A DNA stretch of 15,156 bases from an uncultured archaeon (GTDB taxonomy: Archaea; Asgardarchaeota; Heimdallarchaeia; Heimdallarchaeales; Heimdallarchaeaceae). The stretch lies in assembly GCA_964549075.1 (NCBI GenBank), contig CAZJUB010000053.1, positions 1-15,156 of the forward strand. The letters are read 5' to 3'. Position 1 is the first letter of the stretch. Each line of letters begins with the position of its first letter. The position numbers were made by a program, and so were the translations under genes. Shown piece by piece: positions 8,645-15,156 of this stretch. Below the pieces are notes generated by a model that searched no databases, was not told the origin of the DNA, and was given only the letters and a program-made list of their open reading frames with translations.

Positions 8645-9142
8645 ATGAGTGATGATTCAGAATTGTTAAGCGTTTCTGAACTCAAATTTGCAACTAAAGA
8701 TGTTGTAACAACCATAGTTGACATTTGGGAAGAAGTTATTAATTGGCATTCAAGTTTTGATGATGACTTCACACTAGATAAAGATGGAAGATCAAACTTT
8801 AGTTTAATGATTTCTACTGCTGTTCATGATCCTACTCAAGTTGTTTATGTAGCTAGGAAAAATAACGAAATTGTGGGATTCCTTTTTGGGTATATTAGAA
8901 AACATTCAGGTTTCTTTAAGAAAAGAACTATTGGTCATATTTCAGATATAGCTGTAGTCAAACAGCAAAGAAGAACTGGTATTGGTTCAAAGTTAATGAA
9001 GAAATTTGAGACTGATTTTGCAAAACGAAATAATGCAGAAGAATTAACACTGTATGTCCATACTCTCAATGAAGAAGGAATAGATTTTTATGAGAAACTT
9101 GGATTTCAGGTGAAGCTCCTATCTATGAGAAAGAAGATATAG
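8645..9142 (+). CDS. GNAT-family N-acetyltransferase
   Basis: Acetyl-CoA motif A 'ISDIAVVKQQRRTGIGSKLM', 'LYVHTLNEEGIDFYEKLGF'; AAGGAG upstream of the ATG. Confidence 0.93.
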   Translation: MSDDSELLSVSELKFATKDVVTTIVDIWEEVINWHSSFDDDFTLDKDGRSNFSLMISTAVHDPTQVVYVARKNNEIVGFLFGYIRKHSGFFKKRTIGHISDIAVVKQQRRTGIGSKLMKKFETDFAKRNNAEELTLYVHTLNEEGIDFYEKLGFQVKLLSMRKKI

Positions 9143-9556
9143 TTAGGGGATAAGTAAACCCAATGCTAAATGGTTAGTAGGTTGAAAATCTTGGTCTATT
9201 TTTTGAAAACCCATTCCAGTACCTATCGCAGATAAAGGAAGCGTAACATAACCATTTTCTACATTTAATAATACTTCAATTTTTGATTTTGGTAGGATTG
9301 TTTTTGGTAATTCAAAATAGTAGATTTTAGCTTTATTAGGAAAAAAATTTTCTTCGAATATCTTAGCAGAATCAATATCTAGCTCTATATTAACTGACGT
9401 ATTTACTTTAAAGGAGTCAATTTTTGCGCAAACACCCTTAATGCCTGTTTTAAACAGTAGGGCTGAGAATATTTGTTTTACAGCAACTACTTCTTTGCCA
9501 ATTCTTTTAGTATAATCAAGTGTTTTTTCAGGGGAATAACCCCAGATTATTTCCAT
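9143..9556 (-). CDS. Hypothetical protein (about 137 aa; start likely ATG 9556 rather than GTG 9568)
   Basis: The ORF fills the space between the GNAT gene and the next terminator. The track's GTG at 9568 lies inside AGGTGA (9570-9565), which is positioned as an SD 8 nt before ATG 9556 (MEIIWGY). Confidence 0.7.
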   Translation of the reverse strand: MEIIWGYSPEKTLDYTKRIGKEVVAVKQIFSALLFKTGIKGVCAKIDSFKVNTSVNIELDIDSAKIFEENFFPNKAKIYYFELPKTILPKSKIEVLLNVENGYVTLPLSAIGTGMGFQKIDQDFQPTNHLALGLLIP

Positions 9557-9623
9557 CCTTAACTTCACCTATTTAATTAAGAATACTTAGAATCTTATTT
9601 AAATTTGGCTGGTTACCTAGCAG

Positions 9624-9673
9624 GAAACAAGAAAAAGAAAAAGAAGAAAAAAAGAAAGTTAGATTACTTTCTT
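9624..9673 (-). terminator. Oligo-pyrimidine (U-rich) terminator tract with an 8-bp hairpin around the stop codon of 9664..10692
   Basis: After TAA the minus strand reads CTTTCTTTTTTTCTTCTTTTTCTTTTTCTTGTTTC. Bases 9652-9659 (AAGAAAGT) are the reverse complement of 9666-9673 (ACTTTCTT). Confidence 0.65.
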
Positions 9674-10692
9674 CTCATTATTGTATAAATAACACCAATT
9701 GCGATTACAGGAATCAGAGCAAATGCATAAGATGTTGATGCTGGCTCTGGGAATGGTAGTAACCAGTTAAGAATGTTATTTACAACTACTTGACCAAATT
9801 GGACTCCACCGTTGTAGACTCCATTTTCTGTTTTTTGGTCATACATGTATTTATAGTCGGAATAAATTGCCTCACCAGATAGAATGACGTGACTATTATC
9901 ACTAAGTAAGTGCTCATAGGTTAAAGCTGGATAATATCCTGTATCTTCTGAGTTAGCATATAAGTCATATGGACCATCACTTACATCAGAATCGTCTGAA
10001 GTTGCATTTTCACTGTATGTCATCAATATCCATACTCTTTCTGGGAAGATTGAAGCGGTATCTAATCCATATCTCAAATCTGTGACCACACTTCCAACGT
10101 CAGCGAGTATAGAACATGGTCCATGGAATATTGCACCAGCTGTACAATCTTGAGAAGCGTTTGTTACTGGATAGGTATCATATAGAGGATTATCAACACC
10201 AAAATAAGGTGCAGCTACTCTGTAAGAAGCTCCATCATTATAGACAGCATCTGAAATAGAAGTAGCATCTAATCTAGTAATAGCACCACATGCTTCTAAA
10301 ACATCGTTTATTTTGGTTTCATTAAATAATCCTGCATAATCGGAATCACCAGCACCCCAGAGTAATTTGTTTCCGAGTGCCATCCAATCAGCAATATCTT
10401 GAATTTCACCAGCTGTCCAGTTTGCACCAGAGTCAGCTTCTGTCAAGAAGAGTACGTCTAAATCATCTGGTAATTCCCATGTTTGGTTAACGTATAAAAC
10501 TGTGTTACCAGCGTCTGTTAGATTTGCAACTATGTTGTTTATATCTGTGGCATGATAACCTCCATGATAGAGATCAAAACCGATATAAACGCCTTCAAAT
10601 TCTATAGAGGTATTAACGACTGCCTGACTTTGTGTCATTCCAGCAATCATTCCCACAATTAGAATTAAACTGAAAATATATTTTCTTTTCAT
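9664..10692 (-). CDS. Secreted, C-terminally membrane-anchored acidic surface protein; class I GATase-like/GIFT (GldG/DUF4350)-like fold
   Basis: Signal peptide MKRK+hydrophobic+SQA. Motifs 'IGFDLYHG', 'LDVLFL', 'WTAGEIQDIADWM..GNKLLWGAGDSDY', 'GASYRV', 'FHGP' and 'VILSGE' resemble, from memory, a family of archaeal anchored surface proteins. It ends in a TM helix + RRK. The fold call is inference. Confidence 0.7.
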   Translation of the reverse strand: MKRKYIFSLILIVGMIAGMTQSQAVVNTSIEFEGVYIGFDLYHGGYHATDINNIVANLTDAGNTVLYVNQTWELPDDLDVLFLTEADSGANWTAGEIQDIADWMALGNKLLWGAGDSDYAGLFNETKINDVLEACGAITRLDATSISDAVYNDGASYRVAAPYFGVDNPLYDTYPVTNASQDCTAGAIFHGPCSILADVGSVVTDLRYGLDTASIFPERVWILMTYSENATSDDSDVSDGPYDLYANSEDTGYYPALTYEHLLSDNSHVILSGEAIYSDYKYMYDQKTENGVYNGGVQFGQVVVNNILNWLLPFPEPASTSYAFALIPVIAIGVIYTIMRRK

Positions 10693-10698
10693 TTTATT

Positions 10699-10755
10699 TC
10701 ACCGTGCACGAATGTGCATTTAATAAGAGAAACTTCTTCATTTTAAACTTTTCTG
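10699..10755 (-). promoter_or_regulatory. Archaeal promoter (BRE CAGAAAAG + TTTAAAA), inverted repeat TGCAC-N4-GTGCA and SD GGTGA
   Basis: The minus strand 10755-10741 reads CAGAAAAGTTTAAAA. The inverted repeat is at 10705-10718. GGTGA (10703-10699) lies 6 nt before ATG 10692. Confidence 0.65.
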
Positions 10756-10953
10756 CTTAAGGGATTGAATTATCAATTTCGACAAAAATAAGGAAATAAG
10801 AAATTTGTTGGAGTAGATAACTTTTATTTCAATAATTGGAATGAATGTTTATTTTATTCTAATTTAAATGTTTCAGAACCCGACAATATTACGTATATTT
10901 ATATTGAAAATTTTACTAATGAAAAATGATGAAAAATTGTAGTAGTACAGTAC

Positions 10954-10965
10954 TTCATCGATGAA
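10954..10965. promoter_or_regulatory. Perfect 12-bp palindrome TTCATCGATGAA, candidate operator
   Basis: Exact self-complementary 12-mer, 29 nt upstream of ATG 10995 in a divergent intergenic region. Function not demonstrated. Confidence 0.35.
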
Positions 10966-10994
10966 CTTCGAATTACTAAAATAGTGGTTAGCAC

Positions 10995-12596
10995 ATGATT
11001 GAAGTATTTCATGTAAGAAATAATCGCATTCAACCGATTTCCTTGAATAATCCAGCGGAAGTGGGAGATACAATTCTAATATCCGGAAAACATGATGCTA
11101 TACCATTTGTTCAAACACCAAGAAACAAAAAATTACATATTCTATTCATTTCTCCAATAGGTACTATCGTTGATTCAGATCAAGTTAGATTAGATGACAC
11201 GGGACTAAAACGAATTTACTCTTTTCCTATCACTCCTGATTTATTTTCAGGAACATATGTTTTACAGATAGATGGTGATTATACACTCAGAGAAAAAATC
11301 AATATTAAAACTAGTAAGAAATTAATTTATCGATGGATACTTTACTATGGTGTGCAAATAACAAATCCAAATAATTTCCCAATTAACAATTTTGTAGTTG
11401 ACATAACACTTCCTCCTAATATCTCACCTATACAAAATGTGACAGAAGTAAGCTGTAACTATAAACCTTCTAAACTTGTTACTGACAAGGAAGGTAATAG
11501 ATGGCTAAGATTTTATTTTCATCAAATTAATCCTCAAGAGAAAATCACTGTTTCCTATAGAGCCTTGATTATCACACGTTTGATTTCATATGATATTACA
11601 AGAATCAAAGGAGAAGAAAAAGACAATTCAAAATACTATCCAGAAACTTATCGAAATTACACTAAATCTGAAGAATTCTTAGAATCAGATAACGAAAAAA
11701 TCAAATCAATAGCAAGAAGATATAGTTCTCATACACCTCTAAATAAGGTGCTTGCATTCCTAAAATACGTGCGGAATAATCTGATATATGTACCTCAAAA
11801 TGGCGATTATGGTGCTAGCTATGCAATAGAAAATAACGTTGGAGATTGCACAGAATTTGCATCTTTATTTGTGAGTTTATGTCGTTCTGCAAATGTTCCA
11901 GCAAGAATGACAACAAGCATCATTCTTAGCGAATATGAAGGATGGGTCTATCATTCCCAAGCTGAATTCTTTTCAAATGGAATATGGATCCCAATAGATC
12001 CAACTCTTCAACATGATTTTCGATATTTATATCGAGATCCAAGTTGCATCATCTTACAAAGAGGTAATACCTTAGGTAATACAGATATTAGAGAAGTTAG
12101 GTATAGCTATGATGACATGAATTCAAGACGTATAATTTTGCATTCGCATAAAAATGTTATATGGGAAAAACAAGCTTCTAAAAACTCTGGAAAACTATCA
12201 GAAGTAGAAATCGACCGAATAAAGGGAACCCTTTTTGAGAATTTGAATCTTAAATATTCGTTACCAAGTTTAGACTTAGAACAAAATGATAGAGAGATAG
12301 AGATCAGAGTAACTGCTCCAGAATCTGCACCAGTACATAAACCATTTAATGTTCCAATTCATTTATACAACAGAAATGATATTTCGATGATAGGAACTCT
12401 CAGAATTTCCTTTGTCCGCGGAGGTTTATACACCAGTCATTTATTTCCTTTAATAATCCATCCGAATTCTCATGAACCTCTTATGATTGAAATTCCTGCT
12501 ACTAACTTCTTGGGACCTACTTTCATTGATTTTATTTTTCAAGATGAAAATGGCAATAAAATAGGTTATGATCAAAAGAAGATTAATTTTCAATAA
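10995..12596 (+). CDS. Transglutaminase-like superfamily protein (Cys-His-Asp triad) with beta-rich flanking domains
   Basis: 'GDCTEFASLFVSLCRSANVPARM' (C285), 'YHSQAEFF' (H320), 'WIPIDPT' (D335). The upstream 'D.EGNR' and 'Y.KSEEFLESDNEKI' segments are typical of prokaryotic members. No signal peptide or TM segment seen. Confidence 0.92.
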   Translation: MIEVFHVRNNRIQPISLNNPAEVGDTILISGKHDAIPFVQTPRNKKLHILFISPIGTIVDSDQVRLDDTGLKRIYSFPITPDLFSGTYVLQIDGDYTLREKINIKTSKKLIYRWILYYGVQITNPNNFPINNFVVDITLPPNISPIQNVTEVSCNYKPSKLVTDKEGNRWLRFYFHQINPQEKITVSYRALIITRLISYDITRIKGEEKDNSKYYPETYRNYTKSEEFLESDNEKIKSIARRYSSHTPLNKVLAFLKYVRNNLIYVPQNGDYGASYAIENNVGDCTEFASLFVSLCRSANVPARMTTSIILSEYEGWVYHSQAEFFSNGIWIPIDPTLQHDFRYLYRDPSCIILQRGNTLGNTDIREVRYSYDDMNSRRIILHSHKNVIWEKQASKNSGKLSEVEIDRIKGTLFENLNLKYSLPSLDLEQNDREIEIRVTAPESAPVHKPFNVPIHLYNRNDISMIGTLRISFVRGGLYTSHLFPLIIHPNSHEPLMIEIPATNFLGPTFIDFIFQDENGNKIGYDQKKINFQ

Positions 12597-12636
12597 AAAG
12601 AAAGAAGAAAGAAAATATTATTTTCTTTTCTTTCTT
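12594..12636. terminator. Probable bidirectional terminator between convergent genes (purine tract / pyrimidine tract inverted repeat)
   Basis: AAAAGAAAGAAGAAAGAAAAT-ATT-ATTTTCTTTTCTTTCTT has a perfect 9-bp stem (12608-12616/12620-12628) with an imperfect extension. Each strand meets a U-rich tract after its stop. Confidence 0.65.
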
Positions 12637-14153
12637 ATATAAAAAGCAGTTCCTACGACCAATATAGCTAAAAATGAGAACCATACTGAGATAGGGCTTT
12701 CATTAATTGTTGGATTTACGATCAGGTTAACACTATTACCAAAAACATCAGATATAGTGAAGTTGAAAGTTATTTGACCACTTTCTAAATCCGTTAAATC
12801 TATATCATACCAACGTACTCTTTTGTAAGAGGAGTAGCTTGAATAGATCTCTTGATCACCGACTCTTAGAATTCCAGTCAAATTATCACACCAATCAAAA
12901 ACACCCATACTTATGAGAAATACATCGTTTATAATTGCGCTATCGTTCAAAACTTCATTGACAGTAGATCCTTCAGTTCGGTACATGATTTCTTGTATAA
13001 TTGGTGCATCATTATCTTCAATTTCCCAGAATGGAACACCAATTTGAGGGCTACGAATATATGCCGGGTCAACTTTTAATGTATCTACACCCATTGCACC
13101 TAAAATTGTAGGAGCTACGTCTCGTTGATATGCTGGAACACCGAAAGGAGTTTTTACGGAGTCATCACTAATAATGAATGTATTAGTAGTAATTTCATCT
13201 TCATTTATGGGCCAAACACCACCATCATGACCGTGACCATACATACCATGATCTGCTCCGATAATGATAAGGGTATCATCCATTACACCCATAGACTCTA
13301 ATTGATCCAGAATATAACCAGTGCCTACATCACAATCCACTAATGATTGCATATATTCTGGTGTATATTCTCCTGTAGTAGTATCACGTACACCATATCC
13401 GTGTCCTGCTTGATCTGGTTCAGTCATGTGAATACGTAAATAGAATCGGTCTGTAGTAACATTAGCTAAGAAATCAGCAGCTACACCACCTAGATAGTAT
13501 GCATTCATAACGGGAGATAGATATAATTGAGAATCTTCATCAAAACCATGAAAATTAGCAGCCATAGCATCTGGATCTCCAGGAACCCAAGATAAGTTTT
13601 CAGAAGCAAAGTACATATCTACTTGTGCTTTCATATTATCATAAATAGGGTCGATGTTCGGATCTTGATTAATGTAGGTCATATTCATTGCTGCTGTTTG
13701 CCAAGCATAAACAAACATGGTTGTTATATCATTTCCAAAGGAGTTTTTCAAACGTTCAGAGATAGTCATATTGTCTGGAATAGAAATTTTTGTTGTACCA
13801 TATCCAAACATGTTATAAGGAATCATATTAATTTCAGCACCATAACCTGTTTCCATACATGCAAGTCCTGGATTTGTACTTGTAAGATGTGATTGTATTC
13901 TGATGGTTTGTCTATATCCGTCTTGGTCTATTTTAGCAGTATTAGGTAATAAACCATCAGCTATCATATCTTCTAGAACTAAATGGTTTGTACCATCCCA
14001 AGTAATGAATACAACGTTTTTGAAATAGGGTGGAGCATCATTTAAGGCTATAGTATTATCAGGTTGTTGATAAGAATAAACAGTTGCATTGAAACCTTGT
14101 AATGTTGATAAAAATCCAACTAAAATCAAAATTGTAAGTAATTTTCTTTTCAT
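12618..14153 (-). CDS. Secreted, C-terminally anchored alkaline-phosphatase-superfamily enzyme (type I phosphodiesterase/nucleotide pyrophosphatase-like)
   Basis: Signal peptide; metal ligands 'FITWDG', 'EPDQAGHGYG', 'IIGADHG', 'HGHDG'; Thr nucleophile region 'LTSTNPG...ETG'; 'QRDVAPTI'; beta-rich C-terminal domain; ESP + TM + RKKRK tail. Confidence 0.9.
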   Translation of the reverse strand: MKRKLLTILILVGFLSTLQGFNATVYSYQQPDNTIALNDAPPYFKNVVFITWDGTNHLVLEDMIADGLLPNTAKIDQDGYRQTIRIQSHLTSTNPGLACMETGYGAEINMIPYNMFGYGTTKISIPDNMTISERLKNSFGNDITTMFVYAWQTAAMNMTYINQDPNIDPIYDNMKAQVDMYFASENLSWVPGDPDAMAANFHGFDEDSQLYLSPVMNAYYLGGVAADFLANVTTDRFYLRIHMTEPDQAGHGYGVRDTTTGEYTPEYMQSLVDCDVGTGYILDQLESMGVMDDTLIIIGADHGMYGHGHDGGVWPINEDEITTNTFIISDDSVKTPFGVPAYQRDVAPTILGAMGVDTLKVDPAYIRSPQIGVPFWEIEDNDAPIIQEIMYRTEGSTVNEVLNDSAIINDVFLISMGVFDWCDNLTGILRVGDQEIYSSYSSYKRVRWYDIDLTDLESGQITFNFTISDVFGNSVNLIVNPTINESPISVWFSFLAILVVGTAFYIRKKRK

Positions 14154-14330
14154 ATAATCACTTTTGATTACTAGATATAGATTTTAGTAAGTATTATTGA
14201 AGTTTATTGTTTAACTAAACTTATTTTACTAACGAAATTTGATAAAATACATATAATTTGGAAAATAAATAGATAATACTATGATTATTTAACAATGCAA
14301 TTAATGTTAAAGACAAAAGTAACTATAGTG

Positions 14331-14345
14331 CAAAAACTTTATAGT
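14331..14345 (+). promoter_or_regulatory. Archaeal BRE + TATA box for the ABC substrate-binding protein gene
   Basis: CAAAAAC-TTTATAGT (TTTATA at 14338-14343), with SD-like AAGGTTGA at 14391-14398 before ATG 14405. Confidence 0.6.
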
Positions 14346-14404
14346 ATGAAAGTCAGAATGTAGAATGATATTCATTGGATATCAATAAGAAGGTTGATTA
14401 AAAA

Positions 14405-15156
14405 ATGAAAATAAAAAGAATAGCTTTGCTAGTTTTAGTGCTTGTTACTTTTACAGCAGGTACATCAGTTTTCGTTTCTAATGCAAGCCAAGAATCACCT
14501 GCAGGTTCAGATCCTAAACTTAAAAGTGTGACCTTGACAATAGTTACAAGACACGATGTAACTATTACTGACGAAATGAAATCTAGGTTCTTAGCAACTC
14601 CAGAAGCTATAGCAGCAGGTATTACTGATATAGATTTCAGATATGCTACAACAGATGATGGCTGGAAAAAATATTTAGAAGATCCAACAAAATCTGTTGA
14701 TATTGCTTGGGGTGGAGGCCCAGCATTGTTTAATACTATGGACAACTGGGGACTTTTATACCATATTAGTCCAGTTGATGACGCAGAATTATTTACAGCG
14801 ATGAATGACAGCGTTCCAGCTTCACTAGCTGGTGCAGATATGAAGAAATTCGATAGTGGAGACTTGGTATGGGTAGCAAATGCTATTTCATCATTTGGAT
14901 TTACTATCAATCATGATTTCTTAGACACTTATGGTCTGCCAATTCCAAGTACTTGGGAAGAATTAGCAACCCCTACTTATTACATAAGTGATAGTGTTAA
15001 AGCTATCAGTGTAGGTGACCCACCTTTAACCACTTCAAATACAAGAATTTACCAAATCGTTCTCCAAGCTTTTGGCTGGGATGAAGGATGGAAAATACTT
15101 ACTAGAATGGGTGCAAATGCTGGTATCTACCCAGGATCAGTAGATACAAGAGCAGC
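14405..15156 (+). CDS. ABC transporter substrate-binding protein, AfuA/'Fe(III)'-annotated class (partial, runs off the window; absent from the ORF track)
   Basis: My translation gives 250 stop-free codons: signal peptide MKIKRIALLVLVLVTFTAG..., 'TLTIVTRHD', 'VDIAWGGGPALF', 'ISSFGFTIN', 'LPIPSTWEELA', 'GDPPLTTSNTRIYQIVLQAFGWDEGWKILTRMGANA'. Confidence 0.9.
   Translation, partial: MKIKRIALLVLVLVTFTAGTSVFVSNASQESPAGSDPKLKSVTLTIVTRHDVTITDEMKSRFLATPEAIAAGITDIDFRYATTDDGWKKYLEDPTKSVDIAWGGGPALFNTMDNWGLLYHISPVDDAELFTAMNDSVPASLAGADMKKFDSGDLVWVANAISSFGFTINHDFLDTYGLPIPSTWEELATPTYYISDSVKAISVGDPPLTTSNTRIYQIVLQAFGWDEGWKILTRMGANAGIYPGSVDTRA

Noticed and set aside
10705-10718. Thermococcales glycolytic motif (TGM, TATCAC-N5-GTGATA)
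   Set aside because: The half-site (TGCAC) and spacer (4 nt) do not match. It is kept only as an unnamed inverted repeat.
10873-11073. 66-aa minus-strand ORF
   Set aside because: It overlaps the start and promoter region of the transglutaminase-like gene in antisense and has low-complexity F/N/I composition typical of AT-rich intergenic DNA.
13623-13892. 89-aa Cys/His-rich plus-strand ORF
   Set aside because: It lies wholly antisense to the catalytic region of the AP-superfamily gene. The Cys/His richness reflects reverse-complemented GCA/ACA/ATG codons.
14398-14910. 170-aa minus-strand ORF in the track
   Set aside because: It is the antisense shadow of the plus-strand ABC substrate-binding protein (14405 onward), which has the signal peptide, family motifs, promoter and SD.
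1-15156. tRNA, rRNA, CRISPR array, transposase/integrase or defence system
   Set aside because: Intergenic gaps are at most about 300 bp and AT-rich, with no GC-rich structured segment or periodic repeats. No ORF shows recombinase, nuclease or Cas motifs that I could recognise.

Overview
A gene-dense, AT-rich (roughly 30% GC by eye) prokaryotic window that reads as archaeal: GGTG(A) ribosome-binding sites, BRE+TATA-like promoters, oligo-pyrimidine 3' tracts, and surface proteins with C-terminal TM+basic-tail anchors and many N-X-S/T sequons. An Asgard/Heimdallarchaeia-like source is plausible but is inference only. In order, it contains the 3' end of an upstream gene, a helical hypothetical protein, a GT4 glycosyltransferase, a zinc-ribbon/RDD protein, a 713-codon TPR gene broken by two adjacent in-frame TAA codons (shown as two ORFs in the track), a Cys/His DUF2085-like membrane protein, a phytol/dolichol-kinase-like + DUF92 (VTE5+VTE6-like) fusion, pgk, a GNAT acetyltransferase and a small hypothetical protein. 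It ends with a cell-surface cluster: an anchored GATase/GIFT-like protein, a transglutaminase-like protein, an anchored alkaline-phosphatase-superfamily enzyme, and a divergent AfuA-type ABC substrate-binding protein that the ORF track missed and the window truncates. I saw no rRNA, tRNA, CRISPR array or mobile element. The best leads are the double-stop TPR lesion, the fused isoprenoid-salvage kinase and the surface phosphoester-scavenging cluster.
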